Shown piece after piece: positions 35,477-48,473 of a stretch of DNA of 64,000 nt. The first letter of the stretch is position 1. Each line of letters begins with the position of its first letter. Made by a program: the position numbers and the translations under genes. Below the pieces are notes generated by a model that saw only the letters and a list, made by a program, of their open reading frames with translations, was not told the DNA's origin and did not search any database. The stretch is from Lophium mytilinum (lineage: Eukaryota): assembly GCA_010093605.1 (NCBI GenBank), contig MU004188.1:437673-501672 (forward strand). The letters run 5' to 3'.

Positions 35477-35678
35477 ATTTAGTTTACCGGCATAAATTAC
35501 AGCGCTAAGCCCGAGCCGGTTGATGAATACGGAAGCGGGGCCGCTTTGACAGTTTTTCCGTCGGGCGTCGTTCGTGTCCAATTTCGCAACTCAGACTCAC
35601 AATATTTAAACCCCTCCTCCCACCTCCACCACTCTCCATATCTCCCTCAAAGCTCTTACGTATATCAACACCGTCAAG

Positions 35679-36756
35679 ATGGGTTTCACCGACTTCATCT
35701 CCGACGCGGGCCTCACCCGTAAGGCCCCTCGCAAGACTGCTCTGCCTGCCGAACAGTATGACTGATTTATCTCCCAGTGCTCAACAACTGGGTGAAGACC
35801 CGCAGCTACATCGTTGGGTAAGCGCATACCCTAGATCGCATCCCTCCATATGCCTCAATCCCTATTTCCTCCAGCACATCCTGATGAAACACATTGGTCC
35901 GTGTTTAAGAGGCGGCTTAAGACCCCGCCACATGACTACGAAACCAGCACTTGGTGCACCTCTGATCTTTACTATTGCCACAACTCCTCATGCTAGTCTC
36001 AAGAGCCTTATAGGAACCGCTTGTTGACAATAATTTAGCTACGCGCCTACTCAGGCCGACGTCAAAGTCTTCCAGTCTTTCAAGGAGACCCCTGCAGTCG
36101 AAAAGTACCCGTACGCCTACCGCTGGTATAACCACATCGCCACCTTCGAGTCTGAGTTCTCCTCCCTACCCGGCGACCCATCCAAGGCCGCTACTGCGTA
36201 CGGCCCCGAGGTCTCTGAGCTCCCCATCAACCCTGCCAAGGCCCCGGCAGCAGCGGAGGAGGAGGACGATGATGTCGATCTCTTCGGTAGCGATGACGAG
36301 GAGGAGGACGCCGAGGCTGTGAGGATAAGAGAGGAGCGCCTGGCGGAATATAAGAAGAAGAAGGAGGGCAAGACCAAGCCCGCTGCCAAGTCAATCGTCA
36401 CAATGGACGTGAAGCCATGGGGTGAGTTATCCAGGTCACCACGAGGTCAATCCATATACTGATATAATCGCAGACGATGAGACCGACATGAAGGAGCTGG
36501 AGGCACAAGTCCGAGCAATTGAGCAGGATGGTCTCGTGTGGGGTGGCTCGAAGCTCGTTGCTGTTGGCTTCGGTATCAAGAAGCTGCAGATCAACTTGGT
36601 CATCGAGGATGACAAGGTCAGCACGAATGACCTGCAAGAGAAGATCGAGGAGTTCGAGGACTATGTCCAGTCCACCGACATTGTGAGTCACCTCTACCCC
36701 ATGATTAGCTCGATCTATTCTAATTCACATTCCAGGCTGCTATGCAAAAGTTGTAG
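35679..36756 (+). CDS. EFB1: Translation elongation factor 1-beta (5 exons)
   Basis: MGFTDF..., [46 protein letters not shown] and AAMQKL*. Confidence 0.95.
35877..35968 (+). ncRNA. SNR18: Box C/D snoRNA U18/snR18 in EF-1beta intron 2
   Basis: C box TGATGA at 35882-35887. Guide CATTGGTCCGTGTTT is complementary to the conserved LSU rRNA segment AAACACGGACCAA. D box CTGA at 35962-35965. Yeast snR18 is also hosted in the EFB1 intron. Confidence 0.9.
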
Positions 36757-37386
36757 ATCCTCTGGTCTGCTTTTCTTCTCAGCTATACACCCTTTTTGCT
36801 GGTTATGTTGCACCCTCGCAGTCTCTGGCCGACGTGTTCTTGCGCGGTATGAGAGGCTGTCGGGCATGGTTTATGTTTTGGACGGTCATGAGCATGGCAT
36901 GATGAAATAGATACAAAATGGAATCCTTTTGGAAACTTCACTGTTTCCAACTAGATCTTGATGTTACCTCGTACGCTCCATAATTCCAACGTCTACTGAA
37001 GTTCTGCTTTATGACGCCTTGGCTTGCGGTAGGGAAGACATCCCGCAATTACGTAAGCGTTTGAGTTGTGTGGATTTGGTCAGAGCTCACCACCACGACC
37101 TCTCACCACTTTCTCACACGTTCCCCGCATAGACTCGGTGCATCCGGCCTCTACGCTGTCTTCAAAGAGGAACAGGCCACTATATTCTGTTGTAAAACGA
37201 TCTAGCCTACATCCTCTTCCGAATAGACGAAGACTTGCAGGCTAGAAGCTTGTTATCGGAGCACCCCTCAATGGTCTGATCAGTGCAGCCAAGGCCGCTT
37301 CAAAAACCACTGACTTTTCTCTCCTGTCAGACACTCATATGAAATAGCAACCTCTCTTTTTGATCTGTATTTCTACAAGCAGCACG

Positions 37387-38475
37387 ATGAAGCCTCCTGT
37401 GATTAACCCTCCTCTTCTCAACTCCTCTAACCCGTGGTGCACCAGTCTCGAGCAGCTCCGCGAGCTCTACGACTGCCCGTACACAGGCGCCGTCACAACG
37501 AGAACATCCCTCCTCAATGGCTTTCCAAACGATCCTGAAATTCACCAATACACATTCTACAATCCCAGTACCCACGTCGCAGCCGCCGACCCATCTGTCT
37601 CCTCTCCAGACGACACTGGCAGCCTTAATACACTCGGATACAGTCCTCTGCCGCTGTTCACATACCTGGATTTTATAACGCAAATCGCTGAAAGCGCCAG
37701 CTCCTCCACCTCGCCATCTAAATCCAAACCTTTCATCATCTCCGTCACCGGCAGCTCCACCGAAGTCTGCGAGTGCTACCGCCTCATCAGCGCCCATCAA
37801 CGCCTCGTCCACATCCCCCTTGCCATGGAGATCAATCTCTCCTGCCCCAATATCCCCGACAAGCCTCCGCCAGCCTACCACTCGCACCGCCTTGCCGAGT
37901 ACCTCACAACGCTGAAAACCGAGGTCGCGGCGCAGCAATCGCAAAGTGCACATATCCACGTCCCCATCGGGATAAAGACCCCGCCATATACCTACGCAGA
38001 CCAATTCAAACACCTGATATCTGCGCTGTCTGCTGCTGCTTCAGCTGCGCCCGTGGATCAGCCTTGTCCAATCAGCTTCATAACAGCGACGAATACGCTT
38101 GGCTCCTCGCTACTACTTACGCCGACGCTTGAGGCTACTTCTTCGCCTACCTCTACAATTCCAGCTTCACCGACGGGCATCCCGAGAGAGGTATTCCATC
38201 ATACCCTGGCCTCGGCGACTGGCACCGGGATTGGTGGGCTCGCGGGCGCGCCGTTGCATCCCCTAGCGCTGGGGAATGTGTACACAATTAAGGGGCTACT
38301 ATTCCAGCATCCGGAATTGGAAGGGATACAAATAATAGGAGTGGGCGGAGTAGAGGATACGGAGGGGTATAAGAGAATGCGGGCGGTTGGAGCGAGCGCC
38401 GTGGGGGTAGGGACAGCGCTGGGGCGGAAAGGCGTTGGAGTATTTGCGGAGATATTAGGGAAGAAAGAAGGGTAG
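37387..38475 (+). CDS. Class-1 dihydroorotate-dehydrogenase-like FMN enzyme, probably dihydrouracil oxidase
   Basis: EINLSCPN catalytic Cys loop, GIKTPPY, ATNTLG, GGLAGAPLHPLALGNV and IIGVGGV. TTRTS and SLNTLGYS replace the TKS and NSMGLPN of true Ura1-type enzymes. Confidence 0.75.
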   Translation: MKPPVINPPLLNSSNPWCTSLEQLRELYDCPYTGAVTTRTSLLNGFPNDPEIHQYTFYNPSTHVAAADPSVSSPDDTGSLNTLGYSPLPLFTYLDFITQIAESASSSTSPSKSKPFIISVTGSSTEVCECYRLISAHQRLVHIPLAMEINLSCPNIPDKPPPAYHSHRLAEYLTTLKTEVAAQQSQSAHIHVPIGIKTPPYTYADQFKHLISALSAAASAAPVDQPCPISFITATNTLGSSLLLTPTLEATSSPTSTIPASPTGIPREVFHHTLASATGTGIGGLAGAPLHPLALGNVYTIKGLLFQHPELEGIQIIGVGGVEDTEGYKRMRAVGASAVGVGTALGRKGVGVFAEILGKKEG

Positions 38476-39161
38476 TCGATACGACATCGAGTGTGTAGGA
38501 CCACAATTCAGATCTATTCACTTCACATATCACGTGCCGGTGGAGGAACAACCTTTGTCCGACGATAGGATGATGAATTGAATATCCAAAAAGAGATGAT
38601 TGATCCAAGCACAACTAGTTCCCAAGGGCTCCGAGGTAGTGAGTGTCAAGAGAAGCAAAAAAACAACTGGTTTGGTTTGTAGGCAGGTGTTGTTTTTTAA
38701 TGAGTGGACGGACACACTGAGTATCGAACTCGTAACCCTGGACGGCCATCGGCGAACGAAGGACTTTTGTGGAGATTTTTGTTGAACAGGACCCAGCTGA
38801 CCAGCAGACTGTCCCAATCCCAGGGTTAATGCTTGACGGCCAAAAACAAACAGACTATATACCCTCACTCCAGGAGGGGTTCCTATATTTCATTTCAACT
38901 TATTACCACACCGTAGTAATCTCCTTAGCGGCGAACAGGGGAGATTCAATTTCGCACAAACTAACGCACTAGTATTGTACTTGCTCTCCTTTCGACCATT
39001 TTCTTCTTTTGCTTCCTTCCAATCTCCACCCCCCGATATCTTCAAACGAGCGGACGGTGCCCAAAAGCACTACAGATCAAGCGCAACCACCCACCCTATG
39101 CCCTCGTCACCTCCCACCACTCTCTACCCCCCTCTCCCCTGCACATCACATGCATCCCGCT

Positions 39162-39591
39162 CTAACAGTCCCAAGACCACGACCTCACCTTCCCCCCAGA
39201 GCTATACCCAAAGCAGCTCCCCGCCGTCGCACGCGTCGCATCATTCGAGCACTCGCTGTCGCTGTAATACGTGACTGCGCGAGCTGTCAGCCCCTTTCCA
39301 CAACCTCATCGCCCCATCCACGGAGAAAGAGAAAACTTACCAGAGCAACCACTATCGACGTTGAAGACCTCGAAACTGCGGACGTTCGCTATGGATTATG
39401 GTCAGTAGGGGAGAAGGTGGGGATGGGGAAGGGGTAGGCGCACCAAGCTTCTCGCAGTTGACCGAGTGCCCAGTCCACGTCACCTGGTCGCCGGACTTGC
39501 AGCTCGTGCCACTGTAGGAGATTATTTTTGTGGCGGAGGCGGTGGTGGCGAGGAGGGCGAGGAGGGCGCTGGTCAAGGTAGGGACGTGCAT
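39162..39591 (-). CDS. Small secreted 6-Cys protein (3 exons)
   Basis: Signal peptide MHVPTLTSALLALLATTASA. Introns 39443-39389 and 39340-39275 give ...SCKSG...NCEKL...SGCSVTYYSDSEC...GSCFG...VRSWSWDC*. Confidence 0.85.
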
Positions 39592-40785
39592 CGTGGGCTA
39601 GAGGGGCGGTCCGCTTTGAGTTGGAGAGTGCTGGTTTGGATTTGGAGGATTCTGCGTTAGGCTTGCGGATGGCTTTGTGGAGGATGGTGAGAATGGGGCA
39701 GTGGGGAGAGGGTTTATATATGGATAGGCTCGCGGTTTGGAGCTCTTTGCGGGTATGTGAAGGGCGAAGGTGAATTTAGCTGACGAGGATGGATATTGAT
39801 GTTGTCCCTGGGGCTTGCGACTCGAACATGCTTCGTGGTACCCATAATTGGTCTTGGACGGGTTTTCTCCAGGACCAGTCTGCTGGATGTGGCCAATCTA
39901 GCGTTACTGATGGGTGACTGCCCTTTAGAAGATGCCAACGGGCTCCCTCATTCAGTATCGATAGGTGAGTCTCTCTTCCTTACTTGTGGAAGTCGGGTCA
40001 TCAAATTCCCCATTCTGTCAATGGGCATGAGCTCTGGAGATGCAAGTGGAGATCTATTACCTTTGACTTGCTGAAGAGATTATGATGCATGGTCAGCTCC
40101 AAAGGGAAACCTATATCATGGCTATACTATAGGGAGATATAAGCTGAGAATGCATGTATTTGTCGTACGCGGTCTCCATTTCAGACTGCGTGCTTGTCTA
40201 CTTCTGGATTTATCTTGCGGCGCAGAACTTCGGTTAGAGTAGAGGAAAGATCGAGCGGTGAGGGTAGAGTCCAATCGTTGATCTTGTAGCCGAAATAGCC
40301 TACGAGCTTACATTCTACGTAAAGATCCATCCGCGAGGAGTTGCATACCCCGAATCCGACTATAAGTGCGGCTGAGGCGTCGATCTTCGCGGGGGAAAAG
40401 CACCCTGCAGGAGCTGAAGCTTGAATATGGGAAGCCAATTGTTTCCATTCTGGCGGGTCTGCTTACGCACATCCGGAATGAAAATCAATTCAGACGACTA
40501 GTATGGTCGGTTGCGGGATAGTAAGGATGAGAGCGCACCCCACATCTTGACCTTACGCTGTGATGTGTGGCCATCAACTCACAACGAGGCATAAGCAATT
40601 TAGTCTACGGGATTACTCTTCTGCATACCTGCAATCTGGTATACGTGCAATTTGAGAGGAATGTGCATGTGGGTTTCTTTCAAAGCTCTCAGACTTACCT
40701 TCTATAATTAAACCTCCACATACGCAACCCTTTCACATCGCGATAGTAGAGTAATACGAAAGAAGAAAACGTTCACGTGCAAAGG

Positions 40786-43700
40786 TCATGCAATCACCAA
40801 ACCAACAACCGCGCAAGAACCCGCTCCACCGCCCGTCACCTGGTCTGTGACCGCTTTATCCCCACTCTCCAGCGTCCTCGGCCCACTAACAGTATCATTC
40901 GACATGAACAACTTCGCAGACACTGTTCCGTCCTGTGTATTGCTGTATAAGCACACAACCGGGACGTAAACGCTACCGAATGTGTCGACGATAGTAAGAT
41001 AGCGGGGGCCGTCGGCGGTTGTGCTAGAAGGCGGAGCTAGGACGAAAGAACTGGAAGCTGTCAGTAAAGAGGGAAGTAAGGCAAAGGATAAGAGATGATC
41101 ACTCACACTAGCGCAGCAGTTTTAGGCACAGCATTCACAGTTCCAAGCCTCAATCGACTTACACCCATCGCCCTCACTGTATCTGCGTACCCAAATATGA
41201 CCCTTCCAGTGCTGTCGCTGTAGATCAAATCTCCGGCATCGTCTTTTGCGAAGGAGGAAGAGCTCGTGAGTGCTGGATCGCTGGACACATCACTCGAGTA
41301 GAGCGTGTACAGGTTCCCATCTGCAGCAGCGACGATAGTAAAGTTATTCTCTAGAGTGGTAATTTGCACGAACCCAGGGTTCGGCTGGGTGTCGGTTGTA
41401 TTGGTAGAGGGATTGGTTGGAGGAGTTGCCGCACGCGGAATTGCTTGAGGGAACTTAGGTATCCCTTTGATATGAGGCGTAAAGTTCGGGATCACAAGCG
41501 GAGGTGGAATCAAACGAGCTGGGACCGATGGAGACGGCACTGCTGGGGCAGGGTTCGGGGGTGCCCCTAGCCTAGACGACGGATTAGAGAGTCCACAACA
41601 AGAGTGTTCGGAATTCAAACTTACGGGAAGCATTTCTTCCAGAGGTCCTTCTTGAAAGTGCTGATCGGGAACACCTTGTTGCCGATTATGTTTTCCTCCG
41701 CCGATAATTCGTTCTTGAAGCTGACATCGAGACTGATTCCAGGACAAGCAGCATCACCCAGCTGATAGGTGACGCCACCGTTCGTGATCGAAGCGGACCC
41801 GCTGACACCAGCAGCAATTGAGAAACTCGGCTTGTCAATGAGAGCGGCCTGTTTCTTCCAAGTGCCTTTCAGAATATCAATGCCGAAGGCTAGAGCAACC
41901 TTCAGGGAGGCATCGGCAGCAACCTGAATTGAGCCCTTGGCTTCAAGAACAGGTTGGAGGGCTGGAACACCAAGGGTCCCGAGTTTAGAGTTCTCGCGAT
42001 GGATGACATCGACTACGGCATCGATTGCAGGCCAATTGAGTATTCCTCCGGCAAGCACCTGTCCAGAGGCTTGCAGGGTCAAAGAAGAAGCTGCGTCGAC
42101 GGAGAACTCAGGTCCGACGCTGATGATTCCGGGGATAGTGAGCCAAGTCAAGGGTATATCCACCAGTCGTTTTTCGTATAGCGGAATAGTCGAGCTGTAG
42201 CTAGCGTCAATACCGAGTTGGAGAGTGCCTTGAAGAGATCCTTTGACCGCGACGGTCCCCTCCTTGAATCCGTCGGCGACGGAGAATACGAAGTGGCCGT
42301 TCAGAGCTAGCTGCCCACTGGCCCCGCATCCCACGCAATAAACCCCGAAGTGGCTTGCGCCAGACGAGGCTTCATATACTGAGTAGCCGCGAGGGCCCCA
42401 TGGAGTAGCGACAGTGTTTCCTTTGCTCATTGTATCCAGGGAGAACGTGCCAGAAAGGTCCTTTGTAAACGTCGTGAGATGATCCAAAAAGCCTAGATAT
42501 CTTAGCATATGGTCTAGATTTGGAGATCGTTTTCGTACTTCCTGCAGCTTGAATAACGCCGCCGATGGCATGCCCGACCGCTGAAACGGCACCCCCGACC
42601 ACTGCTCCCACGGCGTGACCTATGTTATGTATCTTTGTGACAGTCAATGATTTGGAACACTCCTACTTCAGAATCAGGGTATGACGTACAATTTTAGGCC
42701 AATGGAATCGTTTCTCGAGACCCGACCGACGAAGTAGGTTTGTGCTGTTAGAGTCCCCGGAGATCGCAAGCAGTGTATAATTGGTTGCGCCAGGAAGTGT
42801 CTTATTGAAATCGGACGGATTGTTCAAATTAATCCTCCCAATTCGGTCGTCTAGACGACTATCGAAGCCATGGTCAGGGAACAGATGGCTTGACGAATTC
42901 CCGGGAGGGGGCACGAAATAGCCTCCGGTGGAATTATCTCTAGGCGCGGACATGTTATAGGTATTGATGGGCTCCTTTCCGCTAGGAGAGAAGTTTCCAA
43001 ACTTCACATCAATCGGGGTTTCATGGTGGACTGCTTCGGTAAAGTCAAGGTGCTTGATATTTCCAGTTATTGTCATCGCGCGATCGTCATGGTTGATGCT
43101 AGAGACGAGGAGGTAATGACGGGCTTCTTGCGATTGTCCAGAGGCACAAGTACGACTAGTTGAGATCAACACAAGGCCTTCCGTTTGCTTTGACCAGTCG
43201 GAAACCGCAATGTTAAAGGCTTTCAAGTCGTTAAAAACAACGGTTGCTGTATCCCCTAAGCATGTCGTGGAGGAAACGAAGCTTGTATGCTCTAATTGGA
43301 CTGACGGATACTTCATCTCGGGAACTGAAACGAAGCCAACAGCCACATCGGTGGGTTCTGTCACACAAACTTGTCAGTATTCTATGGAGCATTGTGCCCG
43401 GACAGAAGCCTCACCTTCATGTGGAAGAATGTAGTCCTTGCTTTCGGAGTCCAAGTAGAAAAGGTCAATCGAGATGCGGGCCGTGAGGTGTTTGTGATCA
43501 TTGAGGTCAATATCCCAATGGACTGCGGGACGCAAAAAACTGGTTTCTTGCGGTGGTTGCTGGCTTGCGGTGGTATAGCTTAAGATTTCGACCGTGGTCG
43601 AACTCGAGACTGTCTCGGCGGTGTATTCCGTGGTGCTGGTAGGTAATTGCTCTCCAATATACTGCGCCGGGTTGGTGGGAACTAGCTCCGTAGGAACTAA

Positions 43701-43880
43701 AGCAGGGAAGCCACATGCGGCAGGTGAACCGGCCGTATCGTCATGACCGTTGAGGTAGATGTTGATTACTGCTCGATCGTCTATTTCGAAAGAATTGGGT
43801 GTGTCTAATGGTGCTCCCCTTGAGGACTGCAAGCAAAGTGCTAGCAAGCACGCTACACGAAGGAGAGTCGTATGAAGCAT
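40786..43880 (-). CDS. Large secreted beta-rich protein of unknown function (multi-exon)
   Basis: Signal peptide MLHTTLLRVACLLALCLQSSRGAP. Five consecutive same-strand ORFs are separated by intron-sized gaps with GT/CTRAC/AG. Contains a KR site, VYCVGCGASG and a Pro-rich linker. Confidence 0.8.
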
Positions 43881-45137
43881 GTTGTTAACGAGCGTCTGGA
43901 AACTCAACAAGAGAAGGAAGGTAATCAGGCAAAGGCCAGGGAAAGGACTGAATATGCAACTTGGTGTTTTCTATGCGGATGGACCCGGCTATTATATGTT
44001 GATGTAGGCAAGAAGACATCGGCTCAAAGCAGGGCTTAGGTCTAGTGAAAATGCAAAATACCGCCTCCAGGATGGTACAGCACGGGTCGTTAATTTCCGA
44101 ACACTGCTGAGAGCAGTCAAAATTTTACGACATGAAGCCTTCATTGTAACAACCCCGTATCTCGATTTGGTTGGTCGGTGCACGCTTTGGCCAAATGCGA
44201 GTACGTGTACTCCTAGAGAGGAAGCTGAACATGCCTGAAGAAAGGTAAAATCAATGGGACAATCTCTGTACCTCAAATTGCAATGCATTACTTCCAGATC
44301 GAGTCATTCTACCATCTCAGTCGCAACGGAATGCTCGTTTGAGACTCACCAAGGACTCACGACAAACATCTTGTGAGTATGTCAAGAACGCAAATGTTCC
44401 GGCGAGCTGAGTGACAGATGCCGGCTTTGGTGGAACCATCGGATTCTACCGACTCTTGGCTAACTTGGCCAACACAAAGGGAGGCTATCCAAAAGAATTG
44501 CCGGAAACCAAAGACATAGAACAGGAGAATTCCTATCGATAGGTCTCGAAGCTGCAACTTCAGCACATTTGCGAGACTTTCTAACAGTGTGTCCATTCAT
44601 TGGCCACGGTGCAAAGCGCTTCGAGGGATACTCATAATCTCGACAATAGCCATCTTATTATTTGTTGAACAGTGGAATGGCGAACGGAATCTTACACGCC
44701 AAGAGTCCCGTCGGTGACCGGTGAAGGCCAGGGAATGCGAGGCTGATTCTGAACGTATGTACAACGATCAAAGCTCAGAGCAAGTTTCAGAATGTCAAAT
44801 TCGAGAGCGGTCGGAAGGCCGCTGCGCCCAAACAGAATTCCAGGAGTAGACACCAGTAACGTTGTGAGTCCCGAGAGATGTTACCCAGCTAGCCAAGCTA
44901 TGCCAGCTGTTGCAAGGAAAGGGATGAAGTTGGACGGAGAGATGTGGAGATGGAAGAAAGTATCCCCGCAGCCGAAGGGCTTCAAACCAGGAGTCAGGCC
45001 GGACCAGTCACATTCACAAGCTCGCGTCAACCGTGAGTCACCACGTATTTCGCATCCAAGGTTGATATATATCTACCCACGAGCAATGCCTCTCTGCGCC
45101 TGGGTCATCCCACCGAAGGAGGGACCACCTACTCACA

Positions 45138-45701
45138 ATGGGCTCCATCACAATTCGCAAGACCATCGCCTCCGATCTTCCTCTATTGTCAGCCATCGAA
45201 ACAGCGGCCCATGAACCTTATCGCGCTATCGGCATGGCAGACTTCGCAGAACAGAAACTGCCAACTCTCGAAGAGCTAGAGGCGTATCACGATACGGGAC
45301 ACGCCTGGGTAGCAGCGGTCCCCAAAGACAAGGAGGATGCAGGCACACCAATCGCGTTTGTTCTGGTGTATGTCGTGAACAACGATGGCCTCGGCTGGAA
45401 GAGCGTCTTCATACACGAAATCAGCGTGTCTCCAGAGTATGCCAGGCGAGGAATTGGGAAGACATTGATCGACCACGTCGCTTCTTGGGCACGGCAGAGT
45501 GGGGCGAGGGCGTTGGACCTCGCGACATATGTCAATGTACCTTGGTGCAAACCATACTTCGAGAGACTGGGCTTTCAGGTAGCAGACGAGGAAGAACTGT
45601 TGCTGAATGAATATAGTGGAGTTCGGCGTCTCATTATGTGTGAATGGAATGATGAACTTCTGGGCCGATGGCGTCGGGTGGCAATGCGAAGGCTTCTCTG
45701 A
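45138..45701 (+). CDS. GNAT-family N-acetyltransferase
   Basis: ISVSPEYARRGIGKTLI acetyl-CoA motif A and YFERLGF. Confidence 0.9.
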   Translation: MGSITIRKTIASDLPLLSAIETAAHEPYRAIGMADFAEQKLPTLEELEAYHDTGHAWVAAVPKDKEDAGTPIAFVLVYVVNNDGLGWKSVFIHEISVSPEYARRGIGKTLIDHVASWARQSGARALDLATYVNVPWCKPYFERLGFQVADEEELLLNEYSGVRRLIMCEWNDELLGRWRRVAMRRLL

Positions 45702-46987
45702 ACGCTCGCGGTGACTCGCAATCGAGCGAGGCCCCTCTCCCCTCAAGTGGAAAGATGAGTTGACGACGAATACTTCAAGACATGTTGTCTTCACTTCTTC
45801 AGTCGTTTAATTCCTGGCTTAGGTTCCCAATCATATACCGAGGCTCAACCTTCAAATAGAAAATCATGTTTTCGAGATATCGCATGGCCTGGCTCAAGGT
45901 ATCGACTGCGAGCTACAAGATTTGCATCGACATAGGCATCCCTTCCTGCGTAGGATATTAGATTATAGACGCAAGTGATAGTATACAGCAAAGGCGCCGG
46001 AAGCGCTCTACCTTCAACCTTGAACATGCCAAGGGCTTGAAGAAATGCGCTTGACTGCGAAGTCTAGAGAGTAAACATCCAGCTATAGAACTCCTATAGT
46101 CATGAACCTTATTATGGAGGAACATGCATTGACTGTGATTGATTATCACCACTCAATTGTCACGTGATCGTCGTGGATCCAATGGCACGAAGCCGCTGAC
46201 CTCCTCGTGGGAGACCGTAAAGCTTCCTCACATAGCACAGTCAACTGCATTCATGTTTCAACCAATCGCAACATTGCTAACTACCTGTTTAGGAATGCCC
46301 TTCAATCGGTTGTCTTCGTTTTGTTCGGCTCAGCTGCAGCCTTGGCACACAACGCGGCCTCCAAGGCGTCCAACCTCTCGTGAGCTTATCTCCACATCAG
46401 CAAGCCAATCATCTTGGAATTCTCGATGTGAGGAAACCTTAAAAAAAGGACAGAAATGGTAAAAAAGCAAGAGGAGACGGACCTAGCTATCACCAAAAGT
46501 GTTGTGGTGTCTTGAAATGCAATGCTAGATTTCTAAGCGGGACCGGGAGCCGGGACGCCCACCATCCGGCCCACGTGACGTACCGAGAGCCTGCTTATGG
46601 AACCATCAGCCCGGTTAAAGGCAAAAAAGAGCAAAAGCTTGAAGTTTACCCCACAGTTGGAACGCAAGGCGAGTGACTTGTCTGAGAAAGCGAGTCTCTA
46701 GCCAATGAAGAGCTTTAGCGCCGCGCCGTGATAAGGTGAGACGCATCAAATTGTACCTATCATACGGGAAGAGGTCGAGGAGGCGTTTAAGGCGACCCAC
46801 TGCTCACAAAGCACGGATACGAGGGATTGGTTGCCTGTGAACTTTAAAGGTTTGTGGAACGCTGGCTGAGTATATATCTATTCGAGTAGACCTTGCATTC
46901 CCATAACTACTTTGCACGTTTCAATCATCAATCCAATAGCCGCTTTCCTAATTCATCCTCACTTCTCTACTTTCAATCACCTTCATA

Positions 46988-47608
46988 ATGGCCGCTAAAA
47001 TCGCAATCATCAACACCTCCACGCGGCCCGTCCGCGTCGGACCATCCGTCACTGCGTTTGTGAAAGAACTGCTCGAGAAAGCCGACTCCTCAGCCAACAT
47101 CACCACCGTCGACGTCGCCGACTTCAACCTCCCCGTCTTCGACGAGCCCGTAGCCCCAGCTATGGTCCCCGCCATGGCCCAGTTCACCAAAGACCACAGC
47201 AAAGCCTGGAGCGCCGAGATCGCAAAATACGACGCCTACATCATCGTCGCAAACGAGTACAACTTCGGCATGTCGGGCTCGACCAAGAACGCTATTGACT
47301 TCTTGTACAATGAGTGGATTGGCAAGCCCATCTATATCGTGACGTACGGGATCATGGGAGCTACGAACGCGTCTGAGCAGCTCAAGGCTGTGTTGACTGG
47401 GATGAAATTGAAGGTTGTGGAGACGAGGCCGAATTTGGGGTTCCACGGCGCGCAGGCGGGGCCGGACATGTATGGGGCGATCAAGGGGGAGCTTGGAGAG
47501 GCGTCGAAGAAGGATTGGGAGACTGAGAAGAAGGAGGAGCTAGTCAAGGGGTTTACGGAGTTGAAGGAGTTGCTAGCGTCACCGCCGAAGGCTGAGGCCG
47601 TGGCTTGA
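46988..47608 (+). CDS. NADPH-dependent FMN reductase (flavodoxin-like)
   Basis: NTSTRPVRVG, EYNFGMSGSTKNAIDFL and EWIGKP. Confidence 0.9.
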   Translation: MAAKIAIINTSTRPVRVGPSVTAFVKELLEKADSSANITTVDVADFNLPVFDEPVAPAMVPAMAQFTKDHSKAWSAEIAKYDAYIIVANEYNFGMSGSTKNAIDFLYNEWIGKPIYIVTYGIMGATNASEQLKAVLTGMKLKVVETRPNLGFHGAQAGPDMYGAIKGELGEASKKDWETEKKEELVKGFTELKELLASPPKAEAVA

Positions 47609-47951
47609 GGGACAGCGCAGTTGTGAGTGACTGGTAGCGGAACTAAGAGTAAGGTGTTGAATCTTTCTGGTCGTTTCGTTAGGTTGCAGGCCAACAGGCC
47701 AATGCAGTAGAACCTATTGAAGAAAGCGAGTTATGTGACTTCATTTGAGGGTAGTGCTACTTGTCAGTATTGAGCCACCAAATATTCGATCTCCAAAAGC
47801 GTCCGCAGCGTAACTAACTCGTATTCTAGAAGGCGTACCTCTCTCCTGATTGGTCATTGCGTGTATTTCCTTCGGTCTACTCTCATGGTATCATACCTAT
47901 ATACACTCTCTTGCATCTCCATCCACACATCAACTATTGCTTTCGCATCCC

Positions 47952-48473
47952 CTACAGAAAACACCCCACTCCGCTCCCCACCGCCACCAACCCCATAAAC
48001 GCCAACACCCCCCAGCCCACCTTCCCGTCCGCCCTATACACCGCCACTCCCGCGCCCGTACTCGTCGCACTAGTCTCGAGCTTGGTCGTCACCGTACTCT
48101 CATTCCCCATCGACGTATTATTCCCGTTACAAATGATAAATGCACGGTATGTGTGGTCTTGAATGCAATTGCGCAAATCCCCCACAGTGCGCTCCTGCGC
48201 TAGACAGTATATGCTGCAGCCACCACTGTATTCCTCGATAGGTTGGCCGAGGCAGCAGATTTCGAGAGCAGCGGTGTAATTCGGCGAGTTGTGGATGGCG
48301 CAGGCTGGCCGGTTGTCGGGCATGTTCGCGAGGCCGTCGCCGCACCCACTGCGGTCGGTGGTTGTTGGGTGGATGGAGGAGGAGATGGCGGAGGCGGAGA
48401 GGAGGGTGGGTGGGGAAGAGGTGATTGAGAGAGAGGTGGAGAGGGAGATTAGGAGGGAGGTAATGGAAGTCAT
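47952..48473 (-). CDS. Small Cys-rich, probably secreted or GPI-anchored protein
   Basis: Hydrophobic/Ser-rich N-terminus, 8 Cys (including CC and GCSIYC), a Ser/Thr stalk and a hydrophobic C-terminus. Confidence 0.7.
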   Translation of the reverse strand: MTSITSLLISLSTSLSITSSPPTLLSASAISSSIHPTTTDRSGCGDGLANMPDNRPACAIHNSPNYTAALEICCLGQPIEEYSGGCSIYCLAQERTVGDLRNCIQDHTYRAFIICNGNNTSMGNESTVTTKLETSATSTGAGVAVYRADGKVGWGVLAFMGLVAVGSGVGCFL

